DNA of 64,000 bases from Candidatus Bathyarchaeia archaeon (GTDB lineage Archaea > Thermoproteota > Bathyarchaeia > Bathyarchaeales > Bathycorpusculaceae): positions 64,001-128,000 of the forward strand of contig JAVZLK010000001.1 of assembly GCA_038883795.1 (NCBI GenBank), in the 5' to 3' direction. Position numbers and translations under genes: made by a program. Under the pieces are notes generated by a model. That model was not told the origin of the DNA and searched no databases. It was given only the letters and a program-made list of their open reading frames with translations. Positions 10,433 to 20,196 of this stretch are shown piece after piece; the first letter of the stretch is position 1; each line of letters starts with the position of its first letter.

Positions 10433-10964
10433 AAAACTCCCAACAAGAGAAGAGGCATTATATTTTCTTCATAAGAGTGGATGTTCCGCAAACGTTATAA
10501 AACATTGTGAAACCGTTGCTGAACTCGCCTTGGAAATAGCAAAAATATGCAAAGAAAAAGGCTATAACGTTAACTTGGAGCTTGTAGAGATAGGTGGCCT
10601 TTTACATGACATAGGGCGCTCAAAAACTCACACGGTCCACCACGCCATTATCGGAGCTGAAATTGCACAAACACTTGGTTTACCAAAACCGCTCATCTCA
10701 ATAATAAAGAGGCATGTTGGAGGGGGAATAACAGCCGCAGAAGCAAAAAAGCTCGGATGGCCCAAAGACATATACGTTCCAATAACCTTGGAGGAGAAAA
10801 TCGTTTCCTACGCAGACAAACTTGTTGAAGGCTCCAGACGAGTATCCATAGAAAGAACCATTGAAAATTTTTCTAAAGAGTTACCGCCCTCCGCTATTGC
10901 AAGAATCAGAAAAATGCATAACGAAATGCTCACGTTAATCGGCGACTGCAAATGCCTACTGTAA
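10425..10964 (+). CDS. HD/HDIG-domain metal-dependent phosphohydrolase
   Basis: LLHDIGRS, RHVGGG, EEKIVSYADKL; usual position after tfe. Confidence 0.88.
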   Translation: MSEKLPTREEALYFLHKSGCSANVIKHCETVAELALEIAKICKEKGYNVNLELVEIGGLLHDIGRSKTHTVHHAIIGAEIAQTLGLPKPLISIIKRHVGGGITAAEAKKLGWPKDIYVPITLEEKIVSYADKLVEGSRRVSIERTIENFSKELPPSAIARIRKMHNEMLTLIGDCKCLL

Positions 10965-11734
10965 CCTTACTCCTAAAAGTCTACGACGAATCTCAACTGG
11001 AACTTGTTGAAAAATCCATAAAATCAATTCTTAAAGGATTAAAAGTTGAAACTAAAATTTGCGAAATTACCCCACGTGGAATGGTGCAAATAAATGTTTC
11101 AGGAGAAGACGAAAAGGCAGCACTCCACTATTTGGATAAAGAAATTGGAATATGCCCAGCAAGTTTTGAAAATCTAAACAAATATTCCGAGGCTAAAGGA
11201 CGCATAACATCCTTAAACAAAAGCAAAACAGAACTTTACGTGAATATAGGAATTGCATCACCAATCGTCGACGCCACAATCCCACTACAGCGCTTACAAG
11301 CACAACTCGCCGACGGAAGAAAAATCGCCCTAAAAAAACTTATAGAGCTTTATGGCTTCTGTGAACATCTACCGATAATCATCAAAATTTTAGACATAAA
11401 CAAAGACAAAAATTTCATAGAAGCCATGCTCTCAGAAAGCCAAATTTCTAAATACAAAAAGTGGACAAAATCGTTCTTAGATAGACTGATAATTTTGGGT
11501 ATATCCCCTCTGGAATTGAGGTTGGCTTTAAAACGTGCAAGAATTAACCGCGATATAATAAACATTGAACCTTTAGGGTTGTTTGAAAATGCTGTGGCAT
11601 GCAAACTTGGGACAGATGCTGTGGGGTTGATTCCAAAAATTGGTAAGATTTTAGATAACGCAACTTTTTCAGTTTTTAGTCCAAAAAGGATTCTTGAATT
11701 CATGGATTACTCAACAGCGCTTATTTCCGAGTAA
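10952..11734 (+). CDS. DUF2110-like conserved archaeal protein
   Basis: VSGEDE, CKLGTDAVGLIPKIG; typical neighbour in the tfe operon. Confidence 0.75.
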   Translation: MPTVTLLLKVYDESQLELVEKSIKSILKGLKVETKICEITPRGMVQINVSGEDEKAALHYLDKEIGICPASFENLNKYSEAKGRITSLNKSKTELYVNIGIASPIVDATIPLQRLQAQLADGRKIALKKLIELYGFCEHLPIIIKILDINKDKNFIEAMLSESQISKYKKWTKSFLDRLIILGISPLELRLALKRARINRDIINIEPLGLFENAVACKLGTDAVGLIPKIGKILDNATFSVFSPKRILEFMDYSTALISE

Positions 11735-12629
11735 CTAAGTATACTCCTATGAAAATTAGAAAACCTCCAGTAATCGTGTATATACTTAACTTTTCTTCAA
11801 CAAAAACAACGGCAAACAGAGCTGTGATTAAGGGTTCAGCAAACATGAAAGAACTGGCAACGGCAGCACCAACCCTCTTTATCACATAAAACCAAATGTA
11901 ATAGCCCAAAAATGAACAAGTAACAGCCAAAAAGAGAATCGTCAACCACCCATTAAAGCTCAAAGCGAAAATTTGAATAAATGAACCCTCAGCTAAAGAG
12001 AAGGGAATAAGCAGTAAGCCTCCAAGCATGTTTACATAAGCCACAACAAGGAATGGACTATACTTGCCCATAACACTTTTTCCAAGAAGACTAAAAGCAG
12101 TCCAAAGAAATGGCGTGGAAAGCAAAATTAGGCTTCCCAAAAGAAATTGGTTATTAGCTTGGAAACTTATGCTTCCGCCCATAATAACAATAAAAGTGCC
12201 TGCGGCTGCTATTCCAACACCAAAAAATTGCCTTCTCACCAAACACTCCCTTAAAAGTTTGGCAGAGAAAACCGTTATAAAAACTGGTGCCAGTAGGCAG
12301 ACAAATATGGCTGCGATGGATGCTCCAGCCATTTTTATGCCAGTATATTGAGCGGTAAAGAAGAAAGTTACGCCTGTAAGCGCTAAAAGAATTAGTGTTG
12401 GAAAATCTTTCTTTTCAACAAAAAGCACATAGCACTTCACCCTTTTTCTTTCAAGCAAAATCGCAACGAAGAAAAGCCCTCCAGCAACAAGAAAACGAAA
12501 GGTTGCAATGGCGATTGGAGTTAACCCTTCCATCAAGGCAATTTTAACAACAACGAAGGAACTTCCCCAAAAAAGAATTAGCATAAGCATTAGAAAGGCG
12601 TTAAGACGGCTTATGGCTTTAGCTTCCAT
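11721..12629 (-). CDS. EamA/DMT family transporter
   Basis: About 10 hydrophobic segments, FWGSSF, RFLVAG, EPLITA. Confidence 0.9.
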   Translation of the reverse strand: MEAKAISRLNAFLMLMLILFWGSSFVVVKIALMEGLTPIAIATFRFLVAGGLFFVAILLERKRVKCYVLFVEKKDFPTLILLALTGVTFFFTAQYTGIKMAGASIAAIFVCLLAPVFITVFSAKLLRECLVRRQFFGVGIAAAGTFIVIMGGSISFQANNQFLLGSLILLSTPFLWTAFSLLGKSVMGKYSPFLVVAYVNMLGGLLLIPFSLAEGSFIQIFALSFNGWLTILFLAVTCSFLGYYIWFYVIKRVGAAVASSFMFAEPLITALFAVVFVEEKLSIYTITGGFLIFIGVYLVTRK

Positions 12630-12695
12630 GACGAAGAATCTTTTATCCTAATTTATAAAGAATTCACATCAGAAAATGACGATTTTTCTTGATAT

Positions 12696-13313
12696 TTATA
12701 TGGATGGTTTGTATTTTGGTTCGTATCTCCACATGTTTTCTCCGATTTTTTCGGCTGGAACCCCCTCTTGGATTAGCATTTCCTTAATTTCGTTAACAAG
12801 ATCATCAATAATTTTATGTTTGAGGTCAAATGATTGTTTTGAGAAATTTTTCGTTTGGATTAATTGTTTGATTCTATATTCATAGTTTGCTGGTTTCTTC
12901 GCTATTTTTTGCAATTGGCGCATTCTCCACTTTCTGTATGGAACAAAACAGCGATTAATGATGAACAAAAGGGCCGTGAAAATTTCCACAGCGTTACTGA
13001 GGCAAAGCTGGGCTGTCAGCGGATCCTTCCCGTATAAGGCTTTCTCAAAATTGTATGGTGCCTCAGCCCACCCATAGAAAAAGTAGGAGAACATTTTCTC
13101 TCTTCGAATATCCTCAGGGTATTCTCTATACCCATCTAATAAATTCTTCACAGTATTATCTGGGTCATACATTATTTTAGCTGTGGAATAAACCCACAGA
13201 TTAATGTCATCATACCAACCTGTCAACAAAACACCTAAAATGCCACGACAACCAGCAAATTTTTCATTCGCAAATCCTTTGGCAACATCCAAAAGATCCA
13301 CCAACATGAACAA
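12696..13313 (-). pseudogene. Nucleotidyltransferase/DUF4037-like protein, apparently internally deleted
   Basis: GILGVLLTG runs directly into WYDD with no GS...DxD motif; C-terminal INRCFVPYRKW helical domain. Confidence 0.5.
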
Positions 13314-13385
13314 CTTAAAATTCCAAAAGTGTAATCGAAATTAACAAAATAAGCATTTAGCCTCGCAAAAGAGAACGTTCTTGAG

Positions 13386-13484
13386 TGGGCCGGGCCGGAG
13401 TTGAACCGGCGACCTCAGCCTCGTAAGGGCTGCTTTAGGCTTGCTTTTATGGCGAGTGTCCTAACCAGGCTAGACGACCGGCCC
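13386..13484 (-). tRNA. tRNA-Val(TAC) with 24-nt intron at 25/26 (13434-13457)
   Basis: GGGCCGG/CCGGCCC acceptor stem, CAGCC-CTTACGA-GGCTG anticodon arm, TTCAACT T-loop. TAGG/CCTA central helix with 3-nt bulges. Confidence 0.93.
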
Positions 13485-13510
13485 CTTTCAGATTTAGGGT
13501 GTTTTGTTTT

Positions 13511-13517
13511 TATTAAA
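13511..13517 (-). promoter_or_regulatory. Candidate TATA box for tRNA-Val
   Basis: TTTAATA on minus strand about 27-33 nt upstream of the mature tRNA 5' end. Confidence 0.45.
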
Positions 13518-13617
13518 GTTTGGCTGTTGAGAATAAATATTAAGTTGTTATTTTATACTGAAAAGAGAAAATTGCCGCTTTAGGCTTAGCATAGTGAGGC
13601 AAATGTGAGGAAATGAG

Positions 13618-14691
13618 ATGAAAAGGATTCTAGTTACAGGAGCTGGAGGACCTGCCGGCATAAATTTTGTCATGTCGCTTAAAATAGCACCTGAAAAAAT
13701 GTTTATTGTTGGAACCGAAGCCAACAAATATTTTCTCCACTTGGCATCTGTGGACAAGAAGTATTTGATTCCTAAAGCATCAGACCCCGCTTATATAAAT
13801 GAGTTGAACGGAATAGTGGAGAAGGAAAAGGTGGATTTTGTTCACGCCCAGCCTGATGTTGAGGTAGCCGCCATTTCAGAAAGCCGTGAAAAATTGAAGG
13901 CGAAAGTCTTTCTGCCAGCAAAGGAGACTATACGCGTTTGCCAAGATAAGTTGAAATCGGCGGAGAAATGGGAGAAAAATAATGTTCCAGTCGCAAGGTA
14001 TCTTGAATTACGAGAGGAAGCAGATGTTAACAGAGCCTTCAAAGAATTGGGAACGCCGATATGGATTAGGGCAAGACATGGTGCAGGCGGAAGAGGAAGC
14101 ACCCTTGCCCACAACAAAGGAACAGCCTTATCGTGGATTAAATATTGGAAATCGCGGGGGATGAATTGGCAATTTATTGCTCAAGAATACTTGCCCGGAA
14201 GGAATATAGGCTTCCATAGTCTTTGGAAAAATGGAGAACTTATAACTTCAATGGCTAGAGAAAGGATAGAATACATATATCCTAACCTTGCACCTTCGGG
14301 TGTTACTGGTACGCCGGCGGTTCAAAAAACAATTCATGATAAAGTTGTGAATGATGTTGGAACAAGGGCTGTATTAGCTATAGACCAAAAATTTAGCGGA
14401 ATTGCATGTGTAGACTTGAAGGAAAACGAGGAAGGTGAACCATGCGTAACAGAGATTAATGCTGGAAGAATGTTCACAACATCCTTCTTCTTCTCTTACG
14501 CAAGCAAAATAGTGAGAAGAGACTATTACGCCAATATTCCTTACCTATATGTGAAACTTGCATTTGAAGAAAAAATGCCAAACATACCAAAATATAATAT
14601 TCTACCAGAAAACATTTACTGGATCCGCCATATTGATGCACCAGCAAAACTGGTTATGGATGGAAAGGTTGTCGGGGAAATGTACAGTTGA
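13618..14691 (+). CDS. ATP-grasp ligase of glycan-cluster type
   Basis: ILVTGAGGPAG, CQDK, QEYLPG, TEINAGR. Confidence 0.82.
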   Translation: MKRILVTGAGGPAGINFVMSLKIAPEKMFIVGTEANKYFLHLASVDKKYLIPKASDPAYINELNGIVEKEKVDFVHAQPDVEVAAISESREKLKAKVFLPAKETIRVCQDKLKSAEKWEKNNVPVARYLELREEADVNRAFKELGTPIWIRARHGAGGRGSTLAHNKGTALSWIKYWKSRGMNWQFIAQEYLPGRNIGFHSLWKNGELITSMARERIEYIYPNLAPSGVTGTPAVQKTIHDKVVNDVGTRAVLAIDQKFSGIACVDLKENEEGEPCVTEINAGRMFTTSFFFSYASKIVRRDYYANIPYLYVKLAFEEKMPNIPKYNILPENIYWIRHIDAPAKLVMDGKVVGEMYS

Positions 14692-15182
14692 TTGAGGCTG
14701 TAATATTTGATTTTGATGGCACACTGGTTTATTTGCCAATAGACTATGGAAAGCTCTTTCAAGAAATAAGCAAAATAACAAAAACCTCTAATGTACGTCC
14801 ATTAACGAAAGTAGTCGCTCAATTAGGTGAGGAAACTAAGAGGAAGGTTTTTGATGTCTGGGATAAGATCGAATATGAAGCGCTGGCGAACATGAAAGTT
14901 AATAATGAAGGAATTTTGCATTATGAAAAACTCTTGGAAAAAAGGAAAGCCCTCGTAACCATGCAAGGCAAACCTTTTGTGCAAAATGCCTTAAAACGTT
15001 TGGGTTTATCCTTCAATTACGTAATAACAAGAGAAGACTCCCTTAACAGAGTTGAACAACTTAAAATTGCCGCAGAAAAACTTGGAACTAAAATACAAAA
15101 CATTCTTTTTATTGGAAACACAGATGAAGACATGTTGGCTGCAGAAACTATTGGATGCCAATTCATGAGGGTTAGAGAATGA
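14688..15182 (+). CDS. HAD-family hydrolase
   Basis: FDFDGTL motif I, FIGNTDED motif IV. Confidence 0.85.
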   Translation: MIEAVIFDFDGTLVYLPIDYGKLFQEISKITKTSNVRPLTKVVAQLGEETKRKVFDVWDKIEYEALANMKVNNEGILHYEKLLEKRKALVTMQGKPFVQNALKRLGLSFNYVITREDSLNRVEQLKIAAEKLGTKIQNILFIGNTDEDMLAAETIGCQFMRVRE

Positions 15183-16183
15183 GAATCTGGTATGACGCAT
15201 GCACGGGAAAACACGTCAGATACGGTGTAGCTATCGCAAAACGTCTAAGAGCATTGGGACACGAAGTAATATTAACAACAAGAAAACATCCAGACACTTT
15301 ACCCTTAGCAGAATTCCTAAAGGAAAAATTTATTGTAGTGGGGCGTTATGACCCAAAATCTTTGTTAACAAGGCTGAAAGAAGGCACACGCCGCCAGCTT
15401 TTATTCTGTAAAATTTTTGAAAAAAACAACTTTGATGTTGCCATTTCGCATGGTTCAGTGGACCAGTGTAGAGTAGCCTTTGGTTTGGGAAAGTCAATAA
15501 TCTGCACGTTAGATACACCTTATGCAGAAGCAGTTCATAGGCTTACACTGCCACTTGCCGATTACATTATAGCATCAAAAGCCATCCCCAAAAAAAGCTT
15601 ACAAGCCTACAATGTTAAAGGAGAAATAATTAGCTTTGACGGCGTAGATGAAGTTGCATGGATTAAAAATTTTAAACCAAAGATTCAATACGATTTTGGA
15701 AAACCATTAATTGTGGTAAGGCAATTAGAGGAAAAAGCAGCATATATAAAAGAAAAACAAGATATGATACTTCTAGCCAGAAAATTAATGAAGCTTGGAA
15801 ATGTTATCTTTCTTTCACGTTATCACCGTAAGAAGATTAGAGGCTTAATTGTTCCAAAGGAATTTATAGATTCTGCCAGTTTAGTGGCACAAGCAGATTT
15901 ATTTGTTGGTGTCGGAGGAACAATAACACGCGAGGCTGCGCTACAAGGAACCCCGGCCATAATCGTTAATGTATTTCAAAAGCAACATGTTAACGACTTT
16001 TTAGCAGAAAAAGGCTTTCCAATTTTCAAAGCTAAACCATTAGAAGTGCCAAGGCTTGCTGAAAAACTCTTAGGCGCGAAAAAAGATGTAAAACATTTGC
16101 TAGCAGAACTTGAAAATCCGGTTAATATCATCACAAATCTTGTGGAAAAATTGGCGAGAAGAGAACAGAAGATGAAGCTTTAA
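15179..16183 (+). CDS. DUF354-like GT-B fold protein
   Basis: MRIWYD...KHV, GVDEVAW, GGTITREAALQGTP. Confidence 0.8.
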   Translation: MRIWYDACTGKHVRYGVAIAKRLRALGHEVILTTRKHPDTLPLAEFLKEKFIVVGRYDPKSLLTRLKEGTRRQLLFCKIFEKNNFDVAISHGSVDQCRVAFGLGKSIICTLDTPYAEAVHRLTLPLADYIIASKAIPKKSLQAYNVKGEIISFDGVDEVAWIKNFKPKIQYDFGKPLIVVRQLEEKAAYIKEKQDMILLARKLMKLGNVIFLSRYHRKKIRGLIVPKEFIDSASLVAQADLFVGVGGTITREAALQGTPAIIVNVFQKQHVNDFLAEKGFPIFKAKPLEVPRLAEKLLGAKKDVKHLLAELENPVNIITNLVEKLARREQKMKL

Positions 16184-16238
16184 ACATAACAAGTTTATAT
16201 GTAACATTTAGCATTTTGGATTTTTCTGGTGAAGTGGA

Positions 16239-17096
16239 ATGCCAAAGGAAAGTGTTTTAATTGTGGGTTTAGGCGAGGTTGGACATGCACTTTTTGAGTT
16301 GTTTAAGGAGAGTGGAAAGTTTGATGTTTATGGTTTTGATGTGGACGAAGAAAAAATGCTTAGAATTGTTGGCGAGAAAGAACTACCTTCATGTGTTAAT
16401 TTTATGCATATTTGTTATCCATGTTTAAAACAAGATGAATTTGTGAAGATAACTTTAGGCTACATGGACAAGTTTAAACCCAAACTCACCCTAATCGAAA
16501 GCACCATCCCCCCAGAAACTACTCAAAAAATTTATGAATCAGCAAATTCGCCCATAGTGCATTCTCCCATCCGTGGAATGCATAAAAACATTGAAAGTAT
16601 GAAAAGGGACATACTTTTCTGGACAAAATATGTTGGTGGAGTAACAAAACATTCCGCGATGATGGCGCAGAAGCATTATCAAAAACTTGGATTAAAGGTT
16701 AAAATTCTTAAAAGTCCATTGGAGACGGAGTTGGCGAAACTTTTTGAAACAATTTATCGGGCTTGGATGATTGCATGTTTCCAGGAGATGCATAGAATTT
16801 CAAGACATTTTGGAGCAGATTTTGATGAAATTGTGGATATGATTGAAGACATCCACCGTGTAGATTTAAACAAGCCACCACATTATCCTGGCATCATTGG
16901 AGGTCATTGTCTAATTCCAAATACAGAGTTGTTGTTAAGCGTATACGATTCCGAGTTTTTGCATTTAATATTAAGATCCAACGAAAAACGAAAAAAGGAA
17001 ATGGAAGATGAAAACGTTAGACTCGAAGTGGAGAAAATTAAGAAAAGAGTAGAAACCCTGGAAAAGGAGTTAACCAAGAGAAAAAGTTTATCTTAA
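16239..17096 (+). CDS. Short UDP-glucose/GDP-mannose dehydrogenase family protein
   Basis: GLGEVG, ESTIPP, HSPIRG, ELAKL, IGGHCL. Confidence 0.82.
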   Translation: MPKESVLIVGLGEVGHALFELFKESGKFDVYGFDVDEEKMLRIVGEKELPSCVNFMHICYPCLKQDEFVKITLGYMDKFKPKLTLIESTIPPETTQKIYESANSPIVHSPIRGMHKNIESMKRDILFWTKYVGGVTKHSAMMAQKHYQKLGLKVKILKSPLETELAKLFETIYRAWMIACFQEMHRISRHFGADFDEIVDMIEDIHRVDLNKPPHYPGIIGGHCLIPNTELLLSVYDSEFLHLILRSNEKRKKEMEDENVRLEVEKIKKRVETLEKELTKRKSLS

Positions 17097-17122
17097 CTTT
17101 TGATAGTTAAGCCTACTATAAC

Positions 17123-18268
17123 TTGGGTGATAAATTGTCTAAAATCATTCCCCCAGTGAAACCATACTTTTTAAAAGAAGATATTGAACAAATAAAAGCT
17201 GACGTTGAAAAAATCCTCCAATCAGGGATGCTGACCCTTCACACGTACACAAAAGAATTCGAAAATCAATTCGCAAGAACATGCCACGTAAAACACGCAA
17301 TTGCTGTAAACTCGGGAACAAGCGCCTTAGAAATTGCTTTGCGCACCATGAAAGTAAAAGCTGAAGATGAAGTGTTAGTTCCAACAAACACTTTTTCAGC
17401 CACAGCGGCAGCCGTAATTTTTGCAGGAGCAAAACCAAAACTAACAGACATAAATCCCAAGACCCTTTGCATAGACGTAGAAAATGTTCAGAAGAATTTA
17501 ACACCAAAAACAAAAGGAGTTATTACCGTTCACATTGGCGGATTAATTTGTCCAGATATTGAAGAAATAAGGGAACTATGCCGGGAAAGAAAACTTTTCT
17601 TAATTGAGGATGCGGCACACGCTCAAGGTTCAAGCATCAACAAAAAACCAGCGGGTTCCCTAAGCGACGCCGGTTGCTTTAGCTTTTATCCGACAAAAGT
17701 TATGACTACAGGCGAAGGAGGCATGATAACCACGGACAACGATAAAATAGCAGAAAAAGCAAAAATCCTAAGAGACCAAGGTAAAGAAAACTTCAACAGC
17801 AGCATAATCATAGAACTTGGCTACAATTGGAGACTCCCGGAAATAAGTGCAGCAATAGGTTTAACCCAGCTAAAGCGGTTGCCAGAAATCATTAAAAAAC
17901 GTAACGAAATTGCAAAGTATTATGACAAAGAGTTGAGCAGAATTAACGGAATAAGGCCACTGAAAACCCCATCCAATATTCTTAACAACTACTACAAATA
18001 CATAGCCTTACTGGACAATGACATAGACAGAGAAAAATTAAAGGAAAAACTTAAAGCTAAAGGCGTAAGATGCAGTGGCGAAGTTTATTGGCCACCATTG
18101 CACCTTCAACCAGTTTATAAACAATTGTTAGGAACCGAGGAGGGCGATTTTCCAAACGCGGAGGATGTATGCAAGAGAATGATATGCTTACCCTTGTATG
18201 CTCAAATGGCGGTGGAAGAAGCACAGTTTGTGGTGGAAAAGTTAAGAGAGACATTATCAGAAATGTAA
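17123..18268 (+). CDS. DegT/DnrJ/EryC1/StrS sugar aminotransferase
   Basis: NSGTSAL, IEDAAHA, FSFYPTKVMTTGEGG. Confidence 0.93.
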   Translation: MGDKLSKIIPPVKPYFLKEDIEQIKADVEKILQSGMLTLHTYTKEFENQFARTCHVKHAIAVNSGTSALEIALRTMKVKAEDEVLVPTNTFSATAAAVIFAGAKPKLTDINPKTLCIDVENVQKNLTPKTKGVITVHIGGLICPDIEEIRELCRERKLFLIEDAAHAQGSSINKKPAGSLSDAGCFSFYPTKVMTTGEGGMITTDNDKIAEKAKILRDQGKENFNSSIIIELGYNWRLPEISAAIGLTQLKRLPEIIKKRNEIAKYYDKELSRINGIRPLKTPSNILNNYYKYIALLDNDIDREKLKEKLKAKGVRCSGEVYWPPLHLQPVYKQLLGTEEGDFPNAEDVCKRMICLPLYAQMAVEEAQFVVEKLRETLSEM

Positions 18269-18282
18269 ACGAGTGGGTGATT

Positions 18283-19173
18283 ATGAATATACTTGTAACT
18301 GGTGGTTCAGGCTTTATAGGAAGCCATGTTGTTGACAAACTTGTTGAAGAAGGACATAATGTTCGAGTTTTTGACGAAAATAAACCATTAAGAGACGTTG
18401 AATGGCTTAAAGGAAACTTACTAAATGAAAATGACATTTTAGAAGCATGTAAGGATATGGAAGTAGTTTATCATCTTGCAGCCATAGCAGATGTAAACGT
18501 GGCCCTATCCCACCCAGCTTTATGTTTGCAAGTAAACGAAATCGGAACTATGAATCTGTTAAATGCGGCCTCCTCAATGGAGGTTGAAAGGGTTATACTT
18601 GCTTCAACAACATGGGTTTACGGAAAAACAGAAGGTGTAGTAGATGAAAACACTCCTCTGCCACCACCGGATCACATTTACACAAAAACAAAAATTGGAC
18701 AAGAACACCTATTTATATCATGGCAAAAGCATACGGGGCTACCATACACTATTCTGCGATATGATATACCTTATGGACCACGCATGAGAGCAAACATGGC
18801 TATCGCCATCTTTGTTAGAAAAGCCATGCAAAAAGAACCAATCACGGTTTTTGGTGATGGAAGCCAAGGCAGATGCTTCATTCACGTAGATGATTTAGCG
18901 CGAGGAAATGTTGCAGCACTCCAACCTTCTGCTAGTAACCAAATTTTCAATCTTGCAGGCTCAGAATTTATCACCATAAATAAGATAGTGGAGGTGCTAC
19001 GCGAGAACTTTAAAAGTTTAAAAATTGAGCACGCACCCCCCAGACCGCATGATTTTAAAGGTGCCATTGTAAGCATCGAAAAAGCTCGAAAACTGCTAAA
19101 ATGGGAACCAAAGATATCATTCAGAAAGGGTCTGAAAGATTTTATTGAATATATGCAAGGTCAAAAGAGTTAA
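18283..19173 (+). CDS. NAD-dependent sugar epimerase/dehydratase
   Basis: MNILVTGGSGFIGSH, YTKTK, GDGSQGRCF. Start follows a GGTGA SD-like sequence. Confidence 0.9.
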   Translation: MNILVTGGSGFIGSHVVDKLVEEGHNVRVFDENKPLRDVEWLKGNLLNENDILEACKDMEVVYHLAAIADVNVALSHPALCLQVNEIGTMNLLNAASSMEVERVILASTTWVYGKTEGVVDENTPLPPPDHIYTKTKIGQEHLFISWQKHTGLPYTILRYDIPYGPRMRANMAIAIFVRKAMQKEPITVFGDGSQGRCFIHVDDLARGNVAALQPSASNQIFNLAGSEFITINKIVEVLRENFKSLKIEHAPPRPHDFKGAIVSIEKARKLLKWEPKISFRKGLKDFIEYMQGQKS

Positions 19174-20128
19174 TGAGTTCTTTTAACCCGTCTTGGATGG
19201 AAAATTCTGGTTTAAACCCCAATTCCTTCTCTGCCTTGCGAATGTCGGCGTAGCTTTCTCGGATGTCCCCCTTTCTTTCATCAACATGCTTTATTTTCAC
19301 ATGGGATTTATTAGCTTGTTTAATTATTTCGTGTGCGAGTTCGTTTATGGAAGTTTTGGTTCCTGTGCCTATGTTGAATGTTTTTCCTTCGCAATTTTTG
19401 CGTGTAAGTGCAAGAGTGCATGCGTTAACTGCATCTTTTACGTAGAGGAAATCTCGTGTTTGGTTTCCATCTCCATATATGATTATTGGCTTGTTTCTTT
19501 TAAGCGATTCAAGAAAGGTTGTTATTACTCCTCCGTAGGGTCCGCTTGGTTGTCTTAGACCGTAAACGTTAAAGAATCTTAAGCAAATAGTTTGTAAGCC
19601 ATATATTTTATTGAAAACTTTGCAGTATTCTTCGGCGGCAAGTTTTGAAGCCCCATATGGCGATAGAGGATTGGTGGGATGTTCCTCGTTTATTGGTAAG
19701 TATTTTGCTTCTCCATAAACAGCGCATGTGGACGCATAAACAAAACGCTTTACATCATTTTTTACGCATGCCTCAAGCAGGTTTATTGTTCCTTGAGTGT
19801 TTACTTCATTGACAAGCGTAGGATTTTCTATTGATAAGGGAATATTAACGATTGCGGCAAGATGGCATACAGCATCCACGTCCTCTAAAGCCTTTTTAAC
19901 ATCCTCAGGATTTCTGACATCACCTTTTATTAAGTCAAAATTTTTGTTGTTTAGATGCTTTCGTATGTTTCCGATTTTGCCAGAGGAGAAATTATCTAAG
20001 ACCACAATTTCATATCCTGATTTGAGAAGATAATCAACAAGGTGGCTTCCTATGAAACCTGCTCCGCCCGTTATTAAAACTTTCAAGTTTTGTATTTCTC
20101 CTGCGGTGTGAGTTATCGTCCTATTCAA
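19142..20128 (-). CDS. UDP-glucose/GlcNAc 4-epimerase family
   Basis: TGGAGFIGSH, YGASK, LRFFNVYG, GNQTRDF. Confidence 0.9.
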   Translation of the reverse strand: MNRTITHTAGEIQNLKVLITGGAGFIGSHLVDYLLKSGYEIVVLDNFSSGKIGNIRKHLNNKNFDLIKGDVRNPEDVKKALEDVDAVCHLAAIVNIPLSIENPTLVNEVNTQGTINLLEACVKNDVKRFVYASTCAVYGEAKYLPINEEHPTNPLSPYGASKLAAEEYCKVFNKIYGLQTICLRFFNVYGLRQPSGPYGGVITTFLESLKRNKPIIIYGDGNQTRDFLYVKDAVNACTLALTRKNCEGKTFNIGTGTKTSINELAHEIIKQANKSHVKIKHVDERKGDIRESYADIRKAEKELGFKPEFSIQDGLKELINSFDLAYIQ

Positions 20129-20196
20129 TAAGACTTCGTTTGTGTTTAAAGTTTTAGGATGCTAAGTTCGTAAATGATTTATAGTTATTTTTAGTT

